From assembly GCA_038231275.1 (NCBI GenBank), contig JBBRLQ010000028.1:1-64000 (forward strand): a stretch of 64,000 nt of DNA, in the 5' to 3' direction. Below the pieces are notes generated by a model, which saw only the letters and a list, made by a program, of their open reading frames with translations, ran no database searches and was not told where the DNA came from. The first letter of the stretch is position 1, and each line of letters opens with the position of its first letter. A program made the translations under genes and the position numbers. Shown one piece after another: positions 17,958 through 27,757 of this stretch. This DNA is from Polyangiales bacterium. Its GTDB lineage: Bacteria; Myxococcota_A; Polyangia; Polyangiales; Polyangiaceae.

Positions 17958-20639
17958 ATGTCCTGGGCGCCGATACGGCGGCACGTTGCACGCCTGGGGG
18001 GGACATGGGCGCTCGTTCTCGCGTCGGCGCACGCGTTCGCGCAGGAGCCGCAGAAAGACGAGCCGCCGCCGTCGCAAGGAGGCTCGAGCGTTCCGCGTGG
18101 CGCGTCGGGCGCGGTCCTGGTCCCGAAGGACGATCCGAACGCGCCGCCGCCCAAGCCCATACAGGTGGTCGTGACGCCGCCGGTGCTCACGCGCGACGAC
18201 GGCGCGGCGTACCCCGCCGAGATGCTCGCGAACGCTCCGCGCGAGACGGCGAAGGTCTCGCTCTTGCTCGTCGTCGACGCCGCCGGAAAGGTGACGCGCG
18301 CCGACGTCGAGAAAGGCTCGGGCTTCGAGCCGTTCGATCGCGCCGCCGTCGAAGCCGCCAAGCGCCTCGTCTTCGAGCCGGCCAAGCGCGGCGGCACGCC
18401 GGTCGCCGCGAAGGTGCGCCACACGTACGAGTTTGCGCCCCCCAAATCGCGCATCCTCGGCAAGGTCTTCGATGGCACGAGCCGCACGCGCCCGCTCGCG
18501 CAGGCGACCGTCACCCTGCGCGCGGCGGACGGGAGCGAGCGCAAGGTCGCGAGCGGCGCCGACGGGACGTTCCGCATCGACGACATCGCCCCCGGCAAAT
18601 ACAAGCTCGTCATCGCCGCCGACGGCCACGAGACGCAGGAGTACGACGAGGACATCGAGCCCGGCACCGAGCGCGACATGCGCATCGACCAGAAGCGCAT
18701 CGGCGAGGTGAAGACACCCGGCGTCGTCGAGGGGCCGGTCCTCGAGGTGACCGTCAAGGGCGAGAAGCCCCCGCGCGAGGTCACCAAGCGCACCCTCGAG
18801 CAGCGCGAGATGAACCGTATCCCCGGCACCAACGGCGATGCGCTGCGCAGCTTGCAGAACTTGCCCGGCGTCGCGCGGCCGCCCGGCCTCATCGGTCTCC
18901 TCATCGTGCGCGGCTCGGCGCCGCAGGACACGAACGTCTTCGTCGACGGCGCGTTGATCCCGCTCGTCTACCACTTCGGCGGCCTCTCCTCGGTCGTGCC
19001 GACCGAGATCCTCGAGAAGATCGATTTCTACCCCGGCAACTTCAGCGCGCAGTACGGGCGCGTCATGGGTGGCATCGTCGACGTCGGCGTCCGAGACCCC
19101 AAGAAGGACGGGAAATTCCACGGAATGGCGCAGGTCGATCTCATCGACGCGCGCTTTCTCGCGGAAGGCCCGGTCTTCAACACGGGATGGAACTTCGCGC
19201 TCGCGGGCCGTCGCTCGTACGTCGACGTGTGGCTGAAGCCCGTGCTGACCGCGAGCGGCGCCGGCGTCTCCACCGCGCCCGTCTACTACGACTACCAGGC
19301 GATCCTGGCGCGCGACATTTCCAAGAACCAGAGCTTCCGCCTCTTCTTCTTCGGCTCCGACGATCGGCTGGACATCCTCATCAAGAGCGTCAACGCATCG
19401 GAGCCCGGCCTCGCCGGCGGGATCTCTGCGCACACTGGCTTTTGGCGCTTGCAAGGGCGCTACAAGAACAAGTTCACCGACGAGACCGAGCTCAAAATCA
19501 TGGGCGCGGTCGGTCAGGATTTTCTCGACTTCACCGTCGGCGACAACTTCTTCAAGCTCACGACCGAGGTGATCACGTCGCGCGTCGAGCTCTCGCAGAA
19601 GGTCGCGCCGGGGCTCATCTTCAACACGGGCCTCGACGTCCTCTACTCGCCGTACCGCGTCGACGTGCGTCTGCCGCCGCCGCCAAGGCCGGGTGAGCCG
19701 CCGCCTGGTCCCATCCTCTCGCGTCCGCCGCTCACCGTCGGCGACACCGACGCGATCTACCGCCCTGCGATGTTCAGCGAGCTCGAGATCGTCCCGTGGA
19801 AGGGCGGCCGCCTCGTGCCGGGGCTCCGCGTCGACTACGCGAAGGACACGCGCTCGTGGGACATCAACCCGCGCGCCAACGCGCGCCAAGACCTGACGAC
19901 GGCGCCGCGTACGACGCTGAAGGGCGGCGTCGGCATCTACTCCCAGCCGCCGCAGCCTCAAGAGACGAATCCGGTCTTCGGCAAGATCGGCCTCGTCTCG
20001 AACCGCGCCATCCACTACGGCCTCGGCGTCGAGCGCGAGGTGAACCGCAACATCGAGGTCGGCCTCGAGGGCTTCTACAAGCAGCTCGATCACCTGGTGA
20101 CGCCGACGGCCGGCAACATCGGCACCGGGCGCGCGTTCGGCCTCGAGACGTTGCTTCGGTACAAACCCGACGAGCGCTTCTTCGGCTGGCTCGCCTACAC
20201 GCTCTCGCGCAGCGTAAGGCGCGATTCGCCGGGCGAGCCGGAGCGCCTCGCGCGCTTCGATCAGACGCACATCCTGACGGTGCTCGGCAGCTACCGCCTC
20301 GGAAAAGGCTGGGAGCTGGGCGCGCGCTTTCGCCTCGTCTCGGGCAGTCTCTACACGCCGAACACGTACGGTTTCTACGACGAGAACGCCGGCGTGAACC
20401 TGCCGCTCCAGCAGTACCCGCTCTTCGGCTCGCGCCTGCCCGTCTTTCACCAGCTCGACATCCGCGTCGACAAGAGCTGGAAGTTCAAGGAGTGGAGGCT
20501 CTCGGCCTACCTCGACGTGCAGAACGCCTATAATCAAGGCAACGTCGAGGGGGTCAGCTACAACTACAACTTCACGCGCTCGACCTACGCGCAGGGGCTG
20601 CCGATCCTGCCCAGCCTCGGCCTCCGGGGGGAGCTTTAG
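17958..20639 (+). CDS. TonB-dependent receptor with N-terminal TonB-C and carboxypeptidase-regulatory-like domains
   Basis: Signal peptide; TonB-C-like (YP…GKV…FDRAAVEAAKRLVFEPA); plug IPGTNGDALRSLQNLPGV, VRGS, FSAQYGR; barrel ending LGLRGEL. Confidence 0.9.
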   Translation: MSWAPIRRHVARLGGTWALVLASAHAFAQEPQKDEPPPSQGGSSVPRGASGAVLVPKDDPNAPPPKPIQVVVTPPVLTRDDGAAYPAEMLANAPRETAKVSLLLVVDAAGKVTRADVEKGSGFEPFDRAAVEAAKRLVFEPAKRGGTPVAAKVRHTYEFAPPKSRILGKVFDGTSRTRPLAQATVTLRAADGSERKVASGADGTFRIDDIAPGKYKLVIAADGHETQEYDEDIEPGTERDMRIDQKRIGEVKTPGVVEGPVLEVTVKGEKPPREVTKRTLEQREMNRIPGTNGDALRSLQNLPGVARPPGLIGLLIVRGSAPQDTNVFVDGALIPLVYHFGGLSSVVPTEILEKIDFYPGNFSAQYGRVMGGIVDVGVRDPKKDGKFHGMAQVDLIDARFLAEGPVFNTGWNFALAGRRSYVDVWLKPVLTASGAGVSTAPVYYDYQAILARDISKNQSFRLFFFGSDDRLDILIKSVNASEPGLAGGISAHTGFWRLQGRYKNKFTDETELKIMGAVGQDFLDFTVGDNFFKLTTEVITSRVELSQKVAPGLIFNTGLDVLYSPYRVDVRLPPPPRPGEPPPGPILSRPPLTVGDTDAIYRPAMFSELEIVPWKGGRLVPGLRVDYAKDTRSWDINPRANARQDLTTAPRTTLKGGVGIYSQPPQPQETNPVFGKIGLVSNRAIHYGLGVEREVNRNIEVGLEGFYKQLDHLVTPTAGNIGTGRAFGLETLLRYKPDERFFGWLAYTLSRSVRRDSPGEPERLARFDQTHILTVLGSYRLGKGWELGARFRLVSGSLYTPNTYGFYDENAGVNLPLQQYPLFGSRLPVFHQLDIRVDKSWKFKEWRLSAYLDVQNAYNQGNVEGVSYNYNFTRSTYAQGLPILPSLGLRGEL

Positions 20640-20640
20640 G

Positions 20641-21672
20641 ATGCGCCGCCTCGTTCAACGCTTCGTCGCTTGTGCCGCCCTCGTCGGCATCGCCGCGGCG
20701 TGCGTGGCCGACTTCGATCCGCAGAGCAAGATCGGCAGCGTCCGCATCCTCGCGTCGCGCGCGGACAAGCCGTACGCCAAGCCCGGCGAGGCCGTGCATC
20801 TCGAGGTCCTCGCCGTCGATGGCCGCACCGACAAGACGCGGCCGATGAAGATGTTCTGGCTCCCGTTCGTCTGCGAGAACCCTAGGAACGATGCGTATTA
20901 CGCGTGCTTCGCGCCGCCGAGCCGCGACGCGGGGGCCGGTGACGCCGACGCGGGAGGCGCCGGCGCCGTGCTCGGGCTCCTTCGTCCCGGCGTGGATCTG
21001 ACGCCCTTCCTCAAGACGGGCCCCGCCTACGACATCACGATGCCGAAGGACGCCGTCACCTCGCACGCGCACGTCGATGGCGTCGACGGGCCGTACGGCC
21101 TCGCGCTCGTGTTCAACGTCGCGTGCGCGGGGCACCTCGAGATCGTCGCCGCCGATCCGTCGACCGGCGTCCAGCAAGTGCCGATCGCCTGCTTCGACGA
21201 GGAAGAGAACCAGGTCGACCCGTCGCAGTACGTCATCGGCTTCACGCGCGTCTACGCGTACGACGATCGCCTGAACCAGAACCCGGTCATCGATCACCTC
21301 ACCTTCGAGGGCAACCCCGTCGATCTCGCGCATGGGATCGACGTCGACCACTGCACCACCGCGCTCCGCCGCGATTGCCCCGAGAAGAAGATCGACATCG
21401 CGGTGCCCGACACCAGCTGGGAGCTGAACCCCAGCGACAAAGACACCAACGGCACCGTTCGCCACGAGCAGGTCTGGGCCTCGTATTTCTCGAGCGTCGG
21501 TCAGCTCGAAGGCGACGCGCGCCTCCTCTACGATCCCGCGCAGGGCAAGGTCGACGGCTCCGAGGTCAAGTACCAGCCGCCCAACGAGATCGGCGACGGC
21601 ACGCTATGGATCGTCGTCCACGACAACCGCGGCGGCGCGAATTGGGTCGAGGTCCCGCTGCACGTTCACTGA
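20641..21672 (+). CDS. Lipoprotein, partner of TonB-dependent receptor
   Basis: Lipobox AAAC; starts 1 nt after receptor stop; C-terminal WIVVHDNRGG. Confidence 0.75.
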   Translation: MRRLVQRFVACAALVGIAAACVADFDPQSKIGSVRILASRADKPYAKPGEAVHLEVLAVDGRTDKTRPMKMFWLPFVCENPRNDAYYACFAPPSRDAGAGDADAGGAGAVLGLLRPGVDLTPFLKTGPAYDITMPKDAVTSHAHVDGVDGPYGLALVFNVACAGHLEIVAADPSTGVQQVPIACFDEEENQVDPSQYVIGFTRVYAYDDRLNQNPVIDHLTFEGNPVDLAHGIDVDHCTTALRRDCPEKKIDIAVPDTSWELNPSDKDTNGTVRHEQVWASYFSSVGQLEGDARLLYDPAQGKVDGSEVKYQPPNEIGDGTLWIVVHDNRGGANWVEVPLHVH

Positions 21673-21678
21673 CCCGGC

Positions 21679-23016
21679 TTACGCCTTGCCGGTCGGACGA
21701 GCGGGCGCCGCGGGTCCCTTCACCGGCGTCGGCTCCTTCAGGACCGGCGGAGGAGGGGCCTTCCAGCCACTCGCCGACAGGCCGTCGAGGAGGGCGACCA
21801 GGACCTCGTCTTCGAAGGTGAGGATCTCCTTGTTCGACGCGATCGTCGCCATCAAGAGGACCGCGTGCTTGACCCACTTCTGCTCGCGGTCGAGCACCTC
21901 TTTGGTCACGTCGCCGACGCTGAGCTTGCCCATGTCCTCGGGCGTGAGGCCGTTCAGTGTAATCTGCACCTTGATGCCGTCGAGCGTGAGGCCCGGCTGG
22001 AGCGTGCGCAGATCGGGGCGCTTGCCGGTCTTCTCTTCGATGACGTCGGCCACGTAGACGCCGACCATCGACGACGCCGAGTCCTTGAGCGTCGGCAGGG
22101 CGAGCGGGTACTTCATCGCAGCGGCGCCGTTGGCGACGTTCGCGTCCTCGACGGCCTGACGGAGCGCGACGAGCGTGGCGCCGTATTTCTCGGCGGCGGG
22201 CGCGCCGGCCTTCTGCGCGGCGGCCTTTGCGGCGGGGACGAACTCCTTCGCGAGCTTCTCGACATCGGCCTCGGCGAGGTCGACCTTCTTCTCGAGCTCG
22301 GTGCCCTTGTCCTTGTGGAGCTTTTTGTCGCTCTCGGAGGCGCCCTTCTCGTCTTCGGCTTGCTCCTCGACGACGATCTGCGCGCGGAGATCAGCGACCT
22401 CCTTCTTCTTCGCCATGACGATCGCGTACTGATCGGCGAGCGGCGCGTCGATCGCGGCGATCAGGCTGCCTGCGCGCGCGCCGGCGGCGGGGACCTCGGA
22501 GGCGGTCAACGTCGTGGTGCCTACGTCGGTCTTCTTGTCGTCGACCTTCGCCGGCTTGCGGCCCTTCTTCTTGGGCTTGTCGGCCTTGGCGACCTTCTTG
22601 TCGTCGGCCTTCGCGGGGGCGGGCTTGGCGGCTTCGTCTTTGCGCGACGGGAGCGCGCGGGCCCAGAGCTCGGCGGCGACGATGCGGGCCTGTGACGTCG
22701 TGTAGAGGGGGTGACCGGCGAGCGCGTCGCCGTGCTGCTTCTGCTCTTCCTCGGTGGGGGCGGTCGCAGCGAGCCAAGGGGAGCCGGGGCTGGCCGGCGT
22801 GCTCGTGAGGAGGCGATCGACCTCTTTCGCCGTTCCCTCCGCGGCGTCGGCGCGCCGCACCACGACGGCCATCGGCGCCGGATCGCTGATCGCCCACGCG
22901 CTCTTGGGGTTTGCCGCTGCTTTGAGGGCGCCGCACCCCGTCCCGACGGACAAGAGCGACGCGAAAAAAGCGCCGGTGCCGGCGAGCTTCACGATGCGAA
23001 TCAGACGAGCGTTCAT
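21679..23016 (-). CDS. Hypothetical coiled-coil lipoprotein
   Basis: SD GGAAGGA, start MNARLIR, lipobox-like GTGC; Lys/Ala-rich linker and charged helices. Confidence 0.7.
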   Translation of the reverse strand: MNARLIRIVKLAGTGAFFASLLSVGTGCGALKAAANPKSAWAISDPAPMAVVVRRADAAEGTAKEVDRLLTSTPASPGSPWLAATAPTEEEQKQHGDALAGHPLYTTSQARIVAAELWARALPSRKDEAAKPAPAKADDKKVAKADKPKKKGRKPAKVDDKKTDVGTTTLTASEVPAAGARAGSLIAAIDAPLADQYAIVMAKKKEVADLRAQIVVEEQAEDEKGASESDKKLHKDKGTELEKKVDLAEADVEKLAKEFVPAAKAAAQKAGAPAAEKYGATLVALRQAVEDANVANGAAAMKYPLALPTLKDSASSMVGVYVADVIEEKTGKRPDLRTLQPGLTLDGIKVQITLNGLTPEDMGKLSVGDVTKEVLDREQKWVKHAVLLMATIASNKEILTFEDEVLVALLDGLSASGWKAPPPPVLKEPTPVKGPAAPARPTGKA

Positions 23017-23187
23017 GGACTTCCTTCCGATGTGGCCCCCCTCGTACGGAGCCTCCCGAATCCGCCTTCCTCGTAATCTCCCAATTGAAATGGATTGGAG
23101 ACGCGCGAGCTGGCGTCGCGCCACGAGACGCGGCATCATCGAGAGACCATCGGCCATTCGAGGCCGTGCTTCCTCCGCGAGCCCTTC

Positions 23188-24249
23188 ATGCTTCCCGTGC
23201 GTAAACCCGCTCTTCCCACCGCGCTCGGCGCCGCGTTCCTCGCGGTGGTCGTGCTCGGCGTCGTCGGGACGGGGTGTGCGAAAGCGTCACCGGAGCAGAC
23301 GGTCCTCCAGAGCCAGGATCTGACGACGGTCCCCGACGGGCCGAAGTTCGATCCGAACGAGATCGTCGATCTCGCGTCGTTCACCGACACGTTCGCGCTC
23401 GACGCGACGCAGGTTCAGAATTTCCTGCGCCACACACCCTACAAGCGCCCAAGCTTTCTCGAGACGTACCAATCGAACGGCATCCGCGCCGTCGACGCGA
23501 TCATCAAGGCGGCGAACAAGTACCGCATCAACCCGCTCGTCTTCCTCGTGCGCATGGAGATGGCAGAGGGGCTGCTCGGCGAGCAGTTCTATCCGTTCCC
23601 GCCGGCGCGCGTGGAGTACGTCTTCGGCTGCGGTTGCAGCGGCCCGACGACGTGCGCGTCGGGGCTGGCGGGGCTCGACAAGCAGCTCGATTGCCTCGGC
23701 CGGTCGCTGCGCACGAGCCTCGACGAGATCACCGCGAACGGGCAGACGAGCGGCGGATGGGGCGCCGGGAAGATCCAAGTGTCGGTGGACGGCAAGAAGG
23801 TGACGCCGGCCGACGCATCGACCGCCGCTCTCTACCAGTACACGCCGATCGTCGGCACCGGGAAGACGGGCAACTGGCTCTTCTGGAACATCTGGCAGAT
23901 TTACGCGACTGCGCTCGACTACCAAGCGCCGGTCGGCGGAGGCGGGACACCCACGGCGTGGGTCGGCGACTCGTGCACGGCCGATCCGCTCTGCGACTAC
24001 GTCGGCGGAATTTGTCTCCAGGATCAACGCACGCCCGGCGGCATGTGCTCGGCGGACTGCACCGCGCAAGACTGCCCGAACGATCCCGATCGCCCGGCGA
24101 CCTTCTGCGCGAGTCTCGGCTCGCAGGGGATCTGCCTCCTCGTCTGCAACCCGGCGGCGCCGGCATGCCGCACCGGCTACACGTGCGTGCCGGGCGTCGC
24201 GAAGTACAACGACGCGACCAAGACGCAGGCCGTCTGCTTCAACAACTGA
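23188..24249 (+). CDS. Lipoprotein with putative lysozyme-like domain and Cys-rich C-terminal domain
   Basis: Lipobox-like GTGC; AANKYRINPLVFLVRMEMAEGL, FGCGC, PADASTAALYQYTP; Cys-rich tail. Confidence 0.6.
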   Translation: MLPVRKPALPTALGAAFLAVVVLGVVGTGCAKASPEQTVLQSQDLTTVPDGPKFDPNEIVDLASFTDTFALDATQVQNFLRHTPYKRPSFLETYQSNGIRAVDAIIKAANKYRINPLVFLVRMEMAEGLLGEQFYPFPPARVEYVFGCGCSGPTTCASGLAGLDKQLDCLGRSLRTSLDEITANGQTSGGWGAGKIQVSVDGKKVTPADASTAALYQYTPIVGTGKTGNWLFWNIWQIYATALDYQAPVGGGGTPTAWVGDSCTADPLCDYVGGICLQDQRTPGGMCSADCTAQDCPNDPDRPATFCASLGSQGICLLVCNPAAPACRTGYTCVPGVAKYNDATKTQAVCFNN

Positions 24250-25330
24250 AGGCCTCGCGGAGGATCGCCCGGAGCGCGGGGATCGCCTCCAGCGCGACCT
24301 GGCCGCTGGCGAGCACGTCCTCGTCCTCCGGGTGCTCGGCGAGGTGCTCGCGCACCGCCAGGAAGCTTGCAATGTACACGCGTTCGCGGCCGAGGCCTGC
24401 GCGCTCGCCGTCGCCGCCTCGGTAGGCGCGCTCGGCGATCGTCACCGCCTCGGCGGCGGGCGCGTCGTGCTCTTTTCGGAGCGCGCGTACGCAGTCGACG
24501 AACGTTGCGCCTTGGTCCATGTGCGTGGTCGCGAGGTGACGGAGCGCGAGGCTGCGGCGGCGGCGCGGGGAGAGAAAGGCGCGGCGCTCCTCGATCAAGA
24601 GGCCGTAGCCCTCCTGATCGTCGGTGCCTCGGGCGGTGCCGAGGTGGAAGATTTTCGGCGTGAGGGTCGCGGCGCGCGCGCGCGGTAGGACATGGGCGTG
24701 GAGCTCGTGGGCGACGGTGCGGTGCACGTCCTCGTCCGACAGGAGGCGTCGTTCCGCGACGAAGACCTTGCCGTCTCCGGTCGCCGCGAGCGCGAGGAGA
24801 TCGTCGCGCACCGAGACCGTGAAGGGGACCCTCGCCTCGCCGACTGCGCGGCGCATCTGGGAGAGGAGGCTCTCGGGCTCAGGCCCATCGGAGGTGCGGA
24901 GCGGCGCGGCGTCCTCGGGGCGCTCGAACGAGGGCAAGCGGCTCCACGCGCGCGCGGTCTCTTCGGCGCGTCGCGCGTCGGCCGGCGCGGCCTGGAATCG
25001 GCGGAGCGCCCGCGCGCCGAACCCTCGCGTCCCGGCCGATGACGCGAGGCGCGCCTCGAGGGCGAGCTCGTGGGCGCGCGCCGCGCAGAGGTGGGCGAGC
25101 GCGTCGCCGTCGTCGTGCGCGCGCGCCTCGAGGAGCTCGGCGATCTCGTCGAGCTCTGCAGGCAGGGTCCCGAGATCGAACTTCGCGTAGGTCCACCGCG
25201 GCGCAGGATCGTCGCCACGCTCCGCCGCCGCGATCAGACGCGCGCGCTCGGCGTGGGCGCCGAGAGGCACGACCGCACCGAGGAGCCGCACCTGAGCGGC
25301 AGCAGCGAGGAGGGGGCGCGCGGGATCCAC
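24239..25330 (-). CDS. DUF1704 / QEGLA-motif gluzincin metallopeptidase (MATCAP-like carboxypeptidase)
   Basis: HELHAH (HExxxH) followed by DQEGY; RAYRGG…ERVY. Confidence 0.8.
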   Translation of the reverse strand: MDPARPLLAAAAQVRLLGAVVPLGAHAERARLIAAAERGDDPAPRWTYAKFDLGTLPAELDEIAELLEARAHDDGDALAHLCAARAHELALEARLASSAGTRGFGARALRRFQAAPADARRAEETARAWSRLPSFERPEDAAPLRTSDGPEPESLLSQMRRAVGEARVPFTVSVRDDLLALAATGDGKVFVAERRLLSDEDVHRTVAHELHAHVLPRARAATLTPKIFHLGTARGTDDQEGYGLLIEERRAFLSPRRRRSLALRHLATTHMDQGATFVDCVRALRKEHDAPAAEAVTIAERAYRGGDGERAGLGRERVYIASFLAVREHLAEHPEDEDVLASGQVALEAIPALRAILREAFSC

Positions 25331-25417
25331 CGAATTACTCTAACGCGTACCGCATCGGACCCGCCCTGCCTCTTGCGCTCGTCGCGAGGGGGCGCTACGA
25401 GCGGTAAAACGGCCGAA

Positions 25418-26728
25418 ATGAAGAAGAACTACGTCCTCGACACGAACGTCCTCCTCCACGACCCGCGCGCGATCTTCCGGTTCGAGGACAACAACGTCAT
25501 CATCCCGATCTACGTCATCGAAGAGGTCGATCAGTTCAAACGCGAAGGCACGGAGCGCGGTCGAAACGCGCGCCAGATCGCGCGGCTGCTCGACGAGCTT
25601 CGGGACTCGGGCGGCTCCCTGTCGAAGGGCGTCACGCTCTCGAGCGGCGGATCGCTCCGCGTCGCGGTGCCGCAGAAGCAGCCGCAGCTGCCGAGCGCGA
25701 TCGACAAGACGGCGATGGACGCCGCGATCCTCCAGACCGCCTTCGACTGCCGCGAGCAGGACGGCGGGCGGCCCACCGTCTTCGTGACGATGGACACGAA
25801 CCTCCGCATCCGCGCCGACGCGCTCGGCATGGTGAGCGAGAACTACGAGAACCAGCGCGTCGACGTCGAGTCGCTCGACACCGGCGTGAAGGAGCTCGAG
25901 GTCGACGCGGGCGAGATCGACGCGTTCTTCCAAGAGGGACGCCTGCCGCTGCGCGACGCGATCCTCCCGCCGAACCACTGCCTCTTGCTGCGCGATCGCG
26001 GCAACCCTTCGCACACCGCGCTCGGCCGCTACGACGCCACCCGCAAGGAGCTCGTCGCCCTGAAGACGCCGCGCGAAGGCGTGATGGGCGTGCGTCCGCG
26101 CAACAAGGAGCAGAGCTTCGCGATCGATCTCCTCCTCGACGAGTCGATCCGCCTCGTCACGCTCGTCGGCAAGGCGGGCACCGGCAAGACGCTCCTCGCG
26201 CTCGCCGCCGGCCTGAAGCGCACGGTCGAGGACGGCATGTACACGCGCATGCTCGTCTCGCGTCCGGTCATGCCGCTGGGGCGGGACATCGGATTTTTGC
26301 CGGGCGACGTCGACGAGAAGCTGAACCCCTGGATGCAGCCGATCTTCGACAACCTCGAATTCTTGTTCTCCAGCGGGACGCGCAAGGGCCCGCGCGCGTA
26401 CGCCGAGCTGCTCGAGAGCGGTCAGCTGCAGGTCGAGCCGCTCACCTACATCCGCGGGCGCTCGCTGCCGGCGCAGTTCATGATCGTCGACGAGGCGCAG
26501 AACCTCACGCCGCACGAGGTGAAGACGATCATCACGCGCTCCGGCGACGGCACCAAGATCGTGCTGACCGGGGATCCCGGGCAAATCGACAACCCGTACG
26601 TCGACAGCGCGTCGAACGGCCTCACCATCGCCGCAGACGCGTTCCGCAACGAGAAGCTGAGCGGACACATCGTCTTGGCGAAGGGGGAGCGAAGCGAGCT
26701 CGCCGAGCTCGCCGCGAACCTGCTGTAG
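25418..26728 (+). CDS. PhoH2-type PIN-PhoH protein
   Basis: PIN YVLDTNVLLHDP, VTMDTNLRIRA; PhoH GKAGTGKT, IGFLPG, YIRGRS, DEAQN, GDPGQID. Confidence 0.93.
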   Translation: MKKNYVLDTNVLLHDPRAIFRFEDNNVIIPIYVIEEVDQFKREGTERGRNARQIARLLDELRDSGGSLSKGVTLSSGGSLRVAVPQKQPQLPSAIDKTAMDAAILQTAFDCREQDGGRPTVFVTMDTNLRIRADALGMVSENYENQRVDVESLDTGVKELEVDAGEIDAFFQEGRLPLRDAILPPNHCLLLRDRGNPSHTALGRYDATRKELVALKTPREGVMGVRPRNKEQSFAIDLLLDESIRLVTLVGKAGTGKTLLALAAGLKRTVEDGMYTRMLVSRPVMPLGRDIGFLPGDVDEKLNPWMQPIFDNLEFLFSSGTRKGPRAYAELLESGQLQVEPLTYIRGRSLPAQFMIVDEAQNLTPHEVKTIITRSGDGTKIVLTGDPGQIDNPYVDSASNGLTIAADAFRNEKLSGHIVLAKGERSELAELAANLL

Positions 26729-26790
26729 GCGCGTCTTTCACCGTGCGCGGAGTGTTGCCAGCGTGCGCGCGGGGACGCATAGTTGCGGAG

Positions 26791-27306
26791 ATGGATCGGC
26801 TCGTCGCCAGCGTTTTCGTGGCAGCTTCGTTCGTCGTCGGATGCACGTCCGTCGGCGCGAGCGCGGTGCGAACGGGGCCGCTCAAGCTCCCGCCGCACGT
26901 CGGCGCCGTGGAGCTCTACGCGGCGGGCGAGCAAGTCGTCGGAGCGGATCTCGGCGTCGTCGAGGTGCACGCTGCGCAGACCGAGGCCACGATCGACACG
27001 CTGCTCCCGATCTTCGTCCAGAAGGTCGCCCAGATCGGCGGCAACGCGGCGGTGGTGGAGACGGTGCGCGCGCGCTTCGAGATCGTCTCGCACCCGCACG
27101 TGGAGACGTACACGTACGCGTGCGGCTACAACGCGACCTGCACCGGGACGCGGATGTACTCGATGAACGACGAGGTCATGGTGGTGTCGATCCGCGGTCA
27201 CGCCGTCCACACGGGCGCGCTGCCTCCGGCCACCATTGTGCCGCCACCGGCCACTCCTGCGCCGCTTCCTGCCCCAGCGGCGCCGCCTCAAGGGAGCACG
27301 CCATGA
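26791..27306 (+). CDS. Lipoprotein, YbjQ/dodecin-like beta-alpha-beta fold, Pro-rich tail
   Basis: Lipobox VVGC; LGVVEV…KVAQIGGNAAVV pattern. Confidence 0.6.
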   Translation: MDRLVASVFVAASFVVGCTSVGASAVRTGPLKLPPHVGAVELYAAGEQVVGADLGVVEVHAAQTEATIDTLLPIFVQKVAQIGGNAAVVETVRARFEIVSHPHVETYTYACGYNATCTGTRMYSMNDEVMVVSIRGHAVHTGALPPATIVPPPATPAPLPAPAAPPQGSTP

Positions 27307-27743
27307 TTCGCGCGTCGCACGCCTTCGCGGTCATCACCCTCGCCGGCATCGCCTCGATCGCGGGGTGCGGGTACACCGAGACGCACGAGGTCGTCCTTCG
27401 CGCGCCGTCGCCGCCGAGCGGTCGCGCGGTCGAGGTGTACATGGTCGGCCAGTCGCCGACGCGGCCGTTCTACGAGGTCGCGCTGCTCCAGGTCATCGGT
27501 CATGGAACGGACGCCAACCTCGAGGAGACGGTGAAGTCCCTCACGGTGCGCGCGTCGTCGCTCGGGTGCGACGCGATCGTCCGGATCGCCGTCGATCAGG
27601 GGTACTCGATCGCGCACGGCTTCGGCGTGTGCGTGCGATGGGCGGAGGTCGCGGTTCCCGCAGCGCCGGCGCCTCCGGTCGTCGCGCCTCCGGTCGCGCC
27701 TCCGGTCGCGCCTCCATCCGGCGCGCCTCCCGCGCAGCTGTAG
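27303..27743 (+). CDS. Lipoprotein, probable paralog of upstream gene, Pro-rich tail
   Basis: ATGA overlap; lipobox IAGC; VEVY…RASSLGCDAIV; APPV repeats. Confidence 0.6.
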   Translation: MIRASHAFAVITLAGIASIAGCGYTETHEVVLRAPSPPSGRAVEVYMVGQSPTRPFYEVALLQVIGHGTDANLEETVKSLTVRASSLGCDAIVRIAVDQGYSIAHGFGVCVRWAEVAVPAAPAPPVVAPPVAPPVAPPSGAPPAQL

Positions 27744-27757
27744 TACCCTCTCGCGCC

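Noticed and set aside
13495..20537. Very long ORF-track entries (1409 aa, 1665 aa; likewise 35694-38945, 46479-48914, 59710-63675)
   Set aside because: N-terminal parts are stop-poor shadow frames in high-GC DNA overlapping real genes; true starts were reassigned downstream
27665..27735. 12-bp tandem repeats GCGCCTCCGGTC
   Set aside because: Encode the APPV tail of a lipoprotein; not an independent element
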